The translations under genes and the position numbers were made by a program. 64,000 nucleotides of DNA from Verrucomicrobiota bacterium (GTDB taxonomy: Bacteria; Verrucomicrobiota; Verrucomicrobiia; Opitutales; Cerasicoccaceae): the NCBI GenBank assembly GCA_039818205.1, contig JBCBUK010000001.1, forward strand, positions 192,001-256,000. The letters run 5' to 3'. This document shows, in pieces, positions 9,508-18,876 of the stretch. Below the pieces are notes generated by a model, which ran no database searches, was not told the DNA's origin, and saw only the letters and a list, made by a program, of their open reading frames with translations. Within the stretch, counting starts at the first letter, position 1; every line of letters starts with the position of its first letter.

Positions 9508-10575
9508 ATGATCGACAAGATCCAGGAATACCTCGGCGCAGACGCCGATTCTCTCCTCAACCACGAGTGCAAAACGATCTCCAAGGATCGCATTCACGTG
9601 CCAGGCGGAGATTTCGTCGACCGCATCTTCGCGCAGACGGATCGCAACCAACGCGTACTCAACAACCTGAATTGGATTCTCAACACCGGCCGCCTTGCGA
9701 ACACCGGCTATATGAGCATCCTTCCCGTTGACCAGGGTATCGAGCACAGCGGTGGCGCTTCCTTCGCGAAGAACCCCGACTACTTCGACAGCGAAAACAT
9801 CATTAAGCTGGCAATCGAAGGTGGCTGTAATGCTGTTGCCTCGACTTTCGGCGTTCTCGGTAGCTGCTCCCGTAAGTATGCCCACAAGATTCCTTTCGTC
9901 GTAAAGGTGAACCACAACCAGCTCCTCACCTACCCGAACCAAGCCGACCAAATTATGTTCGGCACCATCGAACAGGCGTTCGACATGGGTGCAGCGGCAA
10001 TCGGTGCAACTATCTATTTCGGTTCTGAAGAGTCCAACCGCCAGATCATCGAAGTGGCTGAAGCATTCTACCGCGCACACGAGCTCGGTATGGCAACCAT
10101 CCTATGGTGCTACACCCGTAACAACGCGTTCAAGAAGGACGGCGTAGACTACCACGTATCCGCTGACCTCACCGGCCAGGCCAACCACCTTGGCGTCACC
10201 ATCGAAGCCGACATCATTAAGCAAAAGCTTCCTGAAAACAACGGTGGCTACAAGGCTCTCAACACCGGTGGATCCAGCTATGGTAAGCTCGACGAGCGCA
10301 TCTACACCGAGCTCACCAGCGACAACCCAATCGACCTGACCCGTTATCAGATCGCCAATTGCTACATGGGCCGTCAGCCACTCATCAACTCTGGTGGCGC
10401 GTCGGGTGACAACGATTTCGGTGATGCCGTTAAGACTGCCGTTATCAACAAGCGTGCAGGTGGTGCCGGCCTCATCTCCGGTCGTAAGGCATTCCAACGT
10501 CCAATCGACGAAGGTGCCAAGCTCTTGCAGACTATCCAAGACGTCTACCTCTGCGACGACGTCACCATCGCCTAA
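9508..10575 (+). CDS. fbaB: Class I fructose-bisphosphate aldolase (DhnA type)
   Basis: [20 protein letters not shown] (Schiff-base Lys), [10 protein letters not shown]. Confidence 0.97.
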   Translation: MIDKIQEYLGADADSLLNHECKTISKDRIHVPGGDFVDRIFAQTDRNQRVLNNLNWILNTGRLANTGYMSILPVDQGIEHSGGASFAKNPDYFDSENIIKLAIEGGCNAVASTFGVLGSCSRKYAHKIPFVVKVNHNQLLTYPNQADQIMFGTIEQAFDMGAAAIGATIYFGSEESNRQIIEVAEAFYRAHELGMATILWCYTRNNAFKKDGVDYHVSADLTGQANHLGVTIEADIIKQKLPENNGGYKALNTGGSSYGKLDERIYTELTSDNPIDLTRYQIANCYMGRQPLINSGGASGDNDFGDAVKTAVINKRAGGAGLISGRKAFQRPIDEGAKLLQTIQDVYLCDDVTIA

Positions 10576-10661
10576 CCAACCTCCGGTTGGATCGGTGGAT
10601 GCGGCATTGCCGGCAACGTGCCGTTGCATCCAATTTGTTTAGCAAACATAGATTTCAAACC

Positions 10662-10692
10662 AAAACCGTCGGGACACCCCGGCGGTTTTTTC
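10662..10692 (+). terminator. Rho-independent terminator of fbaB
   Basis: AAAACCGTCGGG-acac-CCCGGCGGTTTTTT. Confidence 0.85.
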
Positions 10693-10862
10693 ATTTCCCG
10701 CATTCAATGACTGGATCCAACGGCACGTTGGTTCGAACTCTGCGGGTACTCAATTGCAATGGGCTACATCTTTGCTGAGTAAAACAACATGTCTCCGGCT
10801 AAACACCGAAACATAAATAAAATTGACTTTTACTATTTTTACTATTCAAAAAAATAATACGT

Positions 10863-11462
10863 ATGAAATCTACTGCTTTTGCCTCATTGCTTTTGTCTGC
10901 CGCCTCCGCTCAGGCCGCTTTAGTATTCAACGTCATTGAGGCCGGTGGAAACGTCATTATTGATACAACTGGTGGAACAATCAACACAACGGCCCTGGTC
11001 CCAAACGGTAGCGTAAGTCTTGCCTCTCTGGTAGCTCCAAACATTGCATTTTTTACCGCCGGAGGCGACGCACCAGTTGATTTTTATGCAGGTACCACAG
11101 GACCAACTACATATGGCACTGGAAATGGCCGTGTGCCGAGTAGTACAGTTGGCACGCTTGTCGGGGCTCTTGGCGGTTCCACAGAAATAATTGTACCTGC
11201 CGGATATGCTTCTGGATTTCCAATTGCCGCAGCGAGTTCGACTTACATTGGACAGACCTTTGCTAGCCTCGGGATGACTCCGGGCTCGTATGTTTGGACC
11301 TGGGGCGTTGGTCCAAGCGCTGACAGCGTTACGCTCAACGTCGGCCCACTTGCAGTCGCTATCCCCGAACCATCGACCTACATCGCCATCGCGGGCATCC
11401 TTGGCCTCGGCGCATTCGTCGCCATTCGCCGCCGCAAGCGCCAACGTGCCGTTGGATCCTAG
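10863..11462 (+). CDS. Small secreted PEP-CTERM protein
   Basis: Signal peptide (ASAQA), Gly/Thr-rich domain, IPEPSTY + TM + RRRKR. Confidence 0.9.
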   Translation: MKSTAFASLLLSAASAQAALVFNVIEAGGNVIIDTTGGTINTTALVPNGSVSLASLVAPNIAFFTAGGDAPVDFYAGTTGPTTYGTGNGRVPSSTVGTLVGALGGSTEIIVPAGYASGFPIAAASSTYIGQTFASLGMTPGSYVWTWGVGPSADSVTLNVGPLAVAIPEPSTYIAIAGILGLGAFVAIRRRKRQRAVGS

Positions 11463-11723
11463 TCAACCTCCGGTTGGATCGATGAAGGTGTCAATCGAGC
11501 ATTCTCAATCGCTCAGCATACGGATTGATCACCTACACACTCCGGCCCTGTTTAGTAACGGGCCATTTACCTTATTTTGTAACCAATCGTGTACTAGATC
11601 GTAAAAACGGATTGAATCAAGGAATAACCCTAGTGATAGTTACTCAACTTATTGATCCTGAAGACTGCTGCTAATCAATAAATTGTATCGCCTAACAAAC
11701 TGGGCCAACAACTACTATCACCC

Positions 11724-14700
11724 ATGAAAACAAATCGCCTCCTACCGTGTGGGTTCGCTTGCGCTATCCTTGTTTTAGCACATTCGCTCAATGCCCTCAC
11801 CTACCCAGAATGGGTAGGGGCTACCAATCTCCCAACGAACCAATCTGCACCGAATCAGAACCCAGACGGCGACCCCTACAATAATGGGCTCGAATATGTG
11901 TTCGGTACCGACCCACTCGTTGCGGATTCAGCAGAAATCGTGGGCCCCTACATCCGTGATATTGGCGGGGCACGTCACTTCTCTTACATGATCAACAACG
12001 ACCTCGATGCGGAAACCAGGGTCATGTATGAAAACTCCACTGATCTCGCACCCAATGGCTGGTTCTCCAAGGCCTTAACCGCTCAAGGTGGCACGGACCC
12101 CAACTACCCCAACTCAACGCGCTACAACGAAATCATCGACCAGAATGATCCACGTAACTTTTATCGCCTGACATTCATAATTGATTACAGCCCAACGCTG
12201 GAGGCAAAGATCGAAGTCGCCGTCAACGCAAGTGAAACCTGGGACGGTTTATCGGGCGGTCTCCCGCCGATCACTAAGGCCTATATCTATCAGAAAATGC
12301 CGGTGGTAACCAATACCACGAACGAAGACGTCAGCCGCTACCCTCGGGTAATTGGAGCTGATCAGGCAGGAACGACGCCAAACTTTGAGCAGGACTATTT
12401 TGGCAACGGCGTCCGTGCACCCATCCGCAACTGGATGGGATGGTTTCTGTGGGGTAATGGGATGCCACCACCCGAACGCACCGCTGGTTATCCTTACAAC
12501 TGGGATGGCCCAATATCAGAGGACTGGGATTTTTACGCCTGGCAGTTTACCGATCCCGAGAACCTCCGCACAACCGGCAAATGGCGCCCAGTCCGAGTCG
12601 ACCAACAGCCGCTATACATGCATCCGCTGCGCCTCAACTACAATTGGGCACCAGGGCGCTTCGGCTACGAAGCCCAACCCATGCAGCATTTCCCCGGCGA
12701 AGCAAAATTTTGGAAAGATAAGAATATTGTCCGCGGAGTGAATCTTTCACCGAACTATCCTTACTTCATTCAATACGGAAATCGGATCCAAGAAGCCGAT
12801 GTCCCAAATTACCCGGACTCCTGGCGCGAGCAATGGCTACGGATGAAACTGCGTCCACTTGAAACCCTCGTCCTCGTGCCATCGGTATTGCCCCCGACCG
12901 ATCTAAACGACGACGGCGAATACCTGCTAGGCCAAGGCATCTGGAACCGCGTCGCCGACAATGATTACGAAGTCTTCCCCTACCCGGTCTTTAACTCGGA
13001 GACATCCCCCAAAGACCAGACTCCCTATGGCATCTTGACCGACCGCATCGGAGACTGGCATGCCGACCTGGTGTTCGAAGGCGGACACCCACGGCTCACC
13101 AATTACGATCCCGTGCGCTACTTCCGCACGCGCTTCAGCGAAATGGCTGACGGTAATTATTTGAAGATGACTGTCGCCCAGGGTTCACCGTTCGTCTGGT
13201 GCGAGTTCGCGGCGACTCGTGCAGCTCCTAGCGACCGGGATCGCTACATGATCTTCTACAACTTGATTCGTCTGAACCTGGAGGGTGCTATCGACAACAA
13301 CGGTGGCTACCAATTCCCGGACGGAGGCAAAACCGTCCCAGGCACTGATGCCGAAACGCTTGCGGGTGGTCCCTGGGAAGTGCCTGGTGTTGATGGCGTC
13401 AGCTATGTCCTCCTCTACGGAAATCAAAACAATCCCAACCAATGGTTCATGGAAGTTGAGCCCGAGTATGGGAAAGTGCCCGACCCGCAGCAAAAGGACA
13501 ATTTTGTGCCTGGCGGTTTCAATCAACCTGGCGATCAAGACAACCACACCTACTTTGCGATATTTTACCGCACCGATTCGGTTGAGCCGGTCACGCTGGG
13601 TAGTGGCGGCGCAAACTCCGCTGACAACAACGGAACCGACGCCCAGGGCAACCCATACTTCTTCCTAAAATTTAAGGAAGACGACCCGACCTACATTGCG
13701 ACCAAGAAAAACTGGTTCGTCGTCGGCCAAGTGCCCGTCATGCGCTATTATCATACCGATGTCGCGCGCGACGATCGGGCTGCACTCGACCAAGCAGCAA
13801 AAGACTGGGCAGACGAGATGGGCAAATACGCCTTCAACTTCCTCACCGAAACGAAGGTCGAATACTCGGTTACAAACATGAACCGCGTCGACTCACTGTT
13901 CGATGCCACCTATGCAAACCCCTACGAAGAAGCCGGCGCGACCAATGCCGCTGCCATGACTGCTGACGGGAAATCGGTGTGGGCACTTTTTCCTCACCAC
14001 TATCAGCCACTTACTCTCGGACCGGACCTGACTAAGTCGTCTCGAGATCAAGTGGTCTGGGAGCCACTCCAAACCGCCGGGATAGACTTCCCGTCCATCA
14101 CCGGTGCGCCCAACGCCAACAAGAGCACTCCCTCGACCAATTCACGTTGGGATTACTGGCATCCACGAGGCAACCTCAAGTCCGTCATCACGGACGACTT
14201 TGAACTGGCTTATCCTTTCCAAAATTTCTTACCCGCAATGCCTGAGCCCAAATGGGACACTAAATACCGGCAGTCGGGCATTCAATACCTCACACTGGCC
14301 AACGTCGCTGGCTACGAACAAATCACCGACACGGTTCAGGCAACAATTGTCGACAAACGGCCCGACAAACAGGGTGTCGGAGCCTCATTCGAGGTTCTAC
14401 TCGAACCATTCACGGGACGTATTCTGCAAGTTGATGTCATTAACAAGGGCCACGGCTATCCGATCGGTGAGCCTCCACCGACAGACCTTGTCGAGCTCGT
14501 CATTGACCCGCCAGCTGTGCCATTGGACCAAGGTGGTCGCCAGGCAAAAGCACGCATGCAGATTAATGGTGAAGGCCAAGTGTTAGCGGTATTCATGGAC
14601 GACAAAGGCGCGGGTTATCGCACCACAATTCAGGTCACCCAACCGGGTAATCCGAACGTCGAACCCGCAATCATCGAACCAAAATTTGATGGCAACCAGC

Positions 14701-17700
14701 GCATGATCGCGGGACCAGCCACCATCATCTCGGGTGGTTCCGGCTACGACTTTTCGCAACCGTTCACGACTCAGATCATCGGCAAGAAAGTCGGAACGGA
14801 AGAACCGATCATCACCATCTCAAAACCCGGTGAAATTTACGGCATCACCAACACTGGAATCGGTGGATTCGACGCCACGGGCTCCTATCCACTCATCAAT
14901 GATAGCTTGGAAGACACCGCTGCAAACATCGTGGCCGAACTACCGCCGCCTCCCGGCGGTGGCTCCGCTCCCGAGCTTGAGGTCTCCCTTGTAAACCTCA
15001 ACGCACTCTTGGGAGTCGCCATATTTGACCAAGGAAGCTATACGACCAAGCCAACGCGTGCCTATTACATCGACGATGATGATATTGAACAAACCCTGCA
15101 GGGAATGGAGTTCATCGAAGACGCCGTTAACGGCACGTTCCACCTTGTCCACCTTAGGAACCCGCTCACACCAACAAAGGTCTCAACCCGCAAACCGGTC
15201 GTATTCGAAGGCGGCACTGGCGACGCTGCCGAAGCCTATGCTTACCCAGCAACTACGATCAGCGGAATCTCGATTAAGCCAGGCACCGCCGATGATGTCT
15301 TCTATCCACAATCGGTAGACGTCGCCATCTCCGGCGGCAACATTGGCCCAGGCGCGAACTTCGAAATGCCCGAGTTCGACCTTAGTGTGGGCAACGATGG
15401 CAAACTAGTTTTGAATGGGTTCAAAGACGGCAAAATTGGCAAAGGCTTCAATCAAACCGCAAAATTCTTTGTCTACGGCGGCCGCGGTAAAGATGCCGCG
15501 ATGCTACCGACGGTCGATGAGTCTGGCACCATTACAAGTATCGACATCCTCCGCCCAGGAACCAACTACCCAGTTGGGGCTGTCAACGCAGTCATACGAA
15601 GTGGTTCTGGAGGCTCCGGCGCCGAACTCCAAATCAATGTCAACTCAACTGGCACGACGCCTGAAGATCGGTTCATCGAATCCGTATCCATCATCAACGG
15701 CGGCACTGGCTACAGCGCGAGCGATACCGTGGAACTACTGCAGAATGTTGGCCTAAACAAGACAGCATCGCCACCTCGCGGCGCTTACGCCCGCATCGTC
15801 GCCGAACCGAATGGAAGTGGAGGTCTCGAGAATCCAGCAATCCTAAACAACCTAGCTCAGGAAGGCTACTTCCCGGGGTTTGGTGGGACGACCAACGATC
15901 AATCGGGCCGTTTCTACCTCGCCTATGATTCCACCACCAACGATCCTGGCAACAACGATACAACCAATCAGCAAGTGCTCTCACCGCCGTCCCAAGGGGC
16001 TGGATTCGTCACTAGTTTGGTGCCGCAGGAGATCAACGTAGAGCAAGTTCTATACGACAATACGATCGGCCAATACCAAACCAGCATGTCCCATGGCGTG
16101 CGACCATTCGGCGGTGCCTTTGGAGGTGCCACCGCACCCGACGGTTATGGTCTTGGCAATCAGCTTTCGCGGACGGTAAAGGATGTCAACGTGCTCTACC
16201 ACTTGTCTCAGGCTTATCCCAACGGTAAACCAAGCGTCACTCCAAGCAAGTGGGCATTCAATGCTGGGCGAACCCCGTATATTCCGCCGCCTTACAATGT
16301 GGATCCCACAAAAGCGCCGCAACCAACCTACGAAGAAGGCCTGCCGATTCTGGCGGCGCACAATCCAATCTACTCCCTTCAGAATGGGTTGAAGACTTCG
16401 GTTCAAATGATGCAGCGGACCCTGACCCTGCTTCACTATTGCGATGATGAGGGCCGCCCCTACCACAATAACCCAACGGACGATCTCGTCTGGAAGATGG
16501 ATTATTTCTCATCCTACGACATCAATGCTGGGCGTATCCTGATAAACCCGAGTTCAACCATTCCAGTTGACGGTGTGGTGAGCTCTTACTTTGACCCGCC
16601 AGCACCCGACCCGGCAGACAACCAAAAGCAAGGGCTCCTCAAATGGGAACCTGGCAAACTGTGGAGTGGCTTCGGCGTTTCTGATCAATGGAACGACCAG
16701 CACTATTTCTTCGGTTATTACCTAGGCGTTGCCGGATGGGCAGCCATGTTTGATCACTCTTGGGACCCGAACATAGCGGGACGCCCAGACAAGCTCTGGT
16801 CCGACCAAGGAACCCTGGCGACCGATATCATGCCCGACAGCGACGGCATGGGTACTGCGCTCGATCAGTGGTTCCTCTCGGTGGCAAACGATCCCGACAA
16901 CGAGGCGCTGCAGAATGCCGTTTATAAAGTGCCTGAGTTCACCTACCAAAAGTTGCCCTTTATCGACCAATGGACCGGACATGGGTGGGCAACTGGAGCA
17001 CAGCCAGGCCCAGCAGGCGCCGTGCTCGATGTGGATGTCCCCTGGGCAATCGCGCAATCATCGGGAACCTCGAACTTCAAGTTTGGTGAGGAAAATGAAA
17101 ACTCCGTCTGGGAAGGCCTGCAGGCCTTCAGCGCCGCGATCCTCTGGGGTGCGGGAACGGATCGCAAACCGCTCATGGACGTCGGAGTCTACATGCTCGC
17201 AACGGGCATGGCCGCAAACGACATCTACTTTGCCGACAAGAACTATAACCTCACTGAGTCCGATAAAAACCAATTCTCTTGGGTGCCCGTGACCACCATC
17301 GCATCGAAGGATCTACCACTCGACCAGAATGGCGGAAACCTTGGTTTTAAGATCAACTCAAGCTTTGTCACGGCGGTGAATCCGCAATACTACATCGCGC
17401 CAGATTACTTTGGCGGTGAAGCCTCGACGGGCATTTCTCTAATCCGGAAATATGGGCCGACCTTGAACAACTTCTTCTACGCCTTCCCGACGGGCACGAA
17501 GTTCATCACAGCCTACCCGCCAGCGGCATGGACCATGGGGCTCTCCCGCAATAGCGACTACATGCGCGCCTGGGCTGGAGCGATGATGCAGCAGGACTGG
17601 ACGGACGCCAAAAACTCAGCTCTCTACCAAGGCGGAAACTGGGTCGGCATGGCGTTGACCTCAGCAATGTCGGGCGTCCCCTATAACCCAGGTGACCTAC

Positions 17701-18146
17701 CACTCAACGAGGCCGGCACCGCGCTCAAGCCAGGGTTTGAACCGTATGTTGATCGCTTATATGCCAGCTGGACATCGCTCACGAGTTTAGCCGGTGCCAA
17801 GGCACAGCTTCAACCGGCATTCAGCTCCACCTCGATCCTTCACTTCCTGCACTCGCTCGATGCCTGGGGGACACCGGACTGGACCTACTGGGGACGCGCG
17901 ACCAATGACAGTGGTGCCAACGACAACACCTCAATGGTGTTAATGGCCGCGATGTCGAAACTCTCTGAGGACGGCACCCAGGTCGAGACCACCTTCTTTG
18001 CCTTCAATCCCGGATGGGAAGACCGCTACTGCGTGTTCGATCGCCTCGGTGGAGACGGCTCAATTGCCGATCCCAACGTATCAGGTGTGCTGACGATCAA
18101 GCCAAAGCAAATGGCCAAAAAGACGATAACGTTCGATATCCAGTAA
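11724..18146 (+). CDS. Giant secreted GH81-like (endo-beta-1,3-glucanase-like) protein with large internal repeat insertion
   Basis: Signal peptide. GH81-like motifs in order: MTVAQGSPFV, ALFPHHY, YWHPRGNLK, FLPAMP, WNDQHYFFGYYL, FIDQWTGHGWATG, ENENSVWEG...AAILWG. Confidence 0.75.
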   Translation: MKTNRLLPCGFACAILVLAHSLNALTYPEWVGATNLPTNQSAPNQNPDGDPYNNGLEYVFGTDPLVADSAEIVGPYIRDIGGARHFSYMINNDLDAETRVMYENSTDLAPNGWFSKALTAQGGTDPNYPNSTRYNEIIDQNDPRNFYRLTFIIDYSPTLEAKIEVAVNASETWDGLSGGLPPITKAYIYQKMPVVTNTTNEDVSRYPRVIGADQAGTTPNFEQDYFGNGVRAPIRNWMGWFLWGNGMPPPERTAGYPYNWDGPISEDWDFYAWQFTDPENLRTTGKWRPVRVDQQPLYMHPLRLNYNWAPGRFGYEAQPMQHFPGEAKFWKDKNIVRGVNLSPNYPYFIQYGNRIQEADVPNYPDSWREQWLRMKLRPLETLVLVPSVLPPTDLNDDGEYLLGQGIWNRVADNDYEVFPYPVFNSETSPKDQTPYGILTDRIGDWHADLVFEGGHPRLTNYDPVRYFRTRFSEMADGNYLKMTVAQGSPFVWCEFAATRAAPSDRDRYMIFYNLIRLNLEGAIDNNGGYQFPDGGKTVPGTDAETLAGGPWEVPGVDGVSYVLLYGNQNNPNQWFMEVEPEYGKVPDPQQKDNFVPGGFNQPGDQDNHTYFAIFYRTDSVEPVTLGSGGANSADNNGTDAQGNPYFFLKFKEDDPTYIATKKNWFVVGQVPVMRYYHTDVARDDRAALDQAAKDWADEMGKYAFNFLTETKVEYSVTNMNRVDSLFDATYANPYEEAGATNAAAMTADGKSVWALFPHHYQPLTLGPDLTKSSRDQVVWEPLQTAGIDFPSITGAPNANKSTPSTNSRWDYWHPRGNLKSVITDDFELAYPFQNFLPAMPEPKWDTKYRQSGIQYLTLANVAGYEQITDTVQATIVDKRPDKQGVGASFEVLLEPFTGRILQVDVINKGHGYPIGEPPPTDLVELVIDPPAVPLDQGGRQAKARMQINGEGQVLAVFMDDKGAGYRTTIQVTQPGNPNVEPAIIEPKFDGNQRMIAGPATIISGGSGYDFSQPFTTQIIGKKVGTEEPIITISKPGEIYGITNTGIGGFDATGSYPLINDSLEDTAANIVAELPPPPGGGSAPELEVSLVNLNALLGVAIFDQGSYTTKPTRAYYIDDDDIEQTLQGMEFIEDAVNGTFHLVHLRNPLTPTKVSTRKPVVFEGGTGDAAEAYAYPATTISGISIKPGTADDVFYPQSVDVAISGGNIGPGANFEMPEFDLSVGNDGKLVLNGFKDGKIGKGFNQTAKFFVYGGRGKDAAMLPTVDESGTITSIDILRPGTNYPVGAVNAVIRSGSGGSGAELQINVNSTGTTPEDRFIESVSIINGGTGYSASDTVELLQNVGLNKTASPPRGAYARIVAEPNGSGGLENPAILNNLAQEGYFPGFGGTTNDQSGRFYLAYDSTTNDPGNNDTTNQQVLSPPSQGAGFVTSLVPQEINVEQVLYDNTIGQYQTSMSHGVRPFGGAFGGATAPDGYGLGNQLSRTVKDVNVLYHLSQAYPNGKPSVTPSKWAFNAGRTPYIPPPYNVDPTKAPQPTYEEGLPILAAHNPIYSLQNGLKTSVQMMQRTLTLLHYCDDEGRPYHNNPTDDLVWKMDYFSSYDINAGRILINPSSTIPVDGVVSSYFDPPAPDPADNQKQGLLKWEPGKLWSGFGVSDQWNDQHYFFGYYLGVAGWAAMFDHSWDPNIAGRPDKLWSDQGTLATDIMPDSDGMGTALDQWFLSVANDPDNEALQNAVYKVPEFTYQKLPFIDQWTGHGWATGAQPGPAGAVLDVDVPWAIAQSSGTSNFKFGEENENSVWEGLQAFSAAILWGAGTDRKPLMDVGVYMLATGMAANDIYFADKNYNLTESDKNQFSWVPVTTIASKDLPLDQNGGNLGFKINSSFVTAVNPQYYIAPDYFGGEASTGISLIRKYGPTLNNFFYAFPTGTKFITAYPPAAWTMGLSRNSDYMRAWAGAMMQQDWTDAKNSALYQGGNWVGMALTSAMSGVPYNPGDLPLNEAGTALKPGFEPYVDRLYASWTSLTSLAGAKAQLQPAFSSTSILHFLHSLDAWGTPDWTYWGRATNDSGANDNTSMVLMAAMSKLSEDGTQVETTFFAFNPGWEDRYCVFDRLGGDGSIADPNVSGVLTIKPKQMAKKTITFDIQ

Positions 18147-18167
18147 TCGTCTCGATCGAAATCGATT

Positions 18168-18207
18168 TTAAAGCGGCCAAGGTGAAATCCTGGCCGCTTT
18201 TTATTTT
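18168..18207. terminator. Probable bidirectional terminator
   Basis: AAAGCGGCCAAGG...CCTGGCCGCTTTT between convergent genes. Confidence 0.8.
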
Positions 18208-18876
18208 CTAGCAAATCACCTTCTTTGCGTGAAAGCGGCGGCGGATTACCAATCCCAACAAACCAATCATTCCGATTGAAGCGACGATCACCGCCGGCTC
18301 CGGCACCGCTGCCACAGGAGCCACGACATCCACATCAATGCGATCACCAGTGCCCAGTGTCACCAGCGTGTAGTTTCCAGGAATCAGACGAAGGTCGTTG
18401 AAATCGACCCCTGGATAAAGGGCACTCCCAAATATCGGCGCATTTGGAACATAGCTCTCTGGTAAGAAGAGGAACATTCCAGGATCATTCACGATGATCC
18501 CAACGGCTGCGACACCGGCAATCGAATTTACCCGCGGAACCGCAACCGAGTTATCATGAAATAGGCTGGAAGCCGGAGGAGTAAATGGAATGTTCAATTG
18601 CGATGACATAGAACCATCACCGGTAAAAAAATCAACCTGGCCGCCAGCGGTTCCCTCCGTATATCCGTCAACCAGAACAGTATTTCCAAATGTAAATATG
18701 CCTGTGGTATCGAGTGTCCCGGCAGCAATTAACGATACATTCCCTCCAGACTCAGTGAAGGTTAAGGTTAATACAGCATTGGCATTGGTCAATAGGCTCA
18801 TGCCTAGCACAAGGCCAAGCAGGTTTCGACAAGTATTATGAGCTGCACTTGCCAGCAGCGGACGCAAACCGATCAT
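18208..18876 (-). CDS. Small secreted PEP-CTERM protein, paralog of 10863-11462 (start uncertain)
   Basis: ANA-VLTLTFTESGGNV vs AQA-ALVFNVIEAGGNV; LRLIPGNY vs LGMTPGSY; VPEPA + TM + RRR. Confidence 0.85.
   Translation of the reverse strand: MIGLRPLLASAAHNTCRNLLGLVLGMSLLTNANAVLTLTFTESGGNVSLIAAGTLDTTGIFTFGNTVLVDGYTEGTAGGQVDFFTGDGSMSSQLNIPFTPPASSLFHDNSVAVPRVNSIAGVAAVGIIVNDPGMFLFLPESYVPNAPIFGSALYPGVDFNDLRLIPGNYTLVTLGTGDRIDVDVVAPVAAVPEPAVIVASIGMIGLLGLVIRRRFHAKKVIC

Larger units (their letters stand above)
10577..11481. repeat. Cluster of REP-like palindromic repeats enclosing a gene
   Basis: 18-bp direct repeat CAACCTCCGGTTGGATCG at 10577 and 11464. Perfect 19-bp inverted repeat GGATCCAACGGCACGTTGG at 10713-10731 and 11441-11459. 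A further copy forms a hairpin at 10597-10631. Confidence 0.8.

Noticed and set aside
10694..10707. 14-mer TTTCCCGCATTCAA also upstream of the 38.8-kb pseudogene (38820-38833, minus)
   Set aside because: Several 14-mer matches are expected by chance in 64 kb, and the distances to the start codons differ greatly.
10577..11481. CRISPR array interpretation of the palindromic repeats
   Set aside because: Few copies, mixed orientation, irregular spacing, no cas genes.
11724..18146. Prophage interpretation of the phage-like repeats
   Set aside because: No capsid, terminase, portal or lysis genes nearby. The repeats sit inside a signal-peptide-bearing cellular protein.
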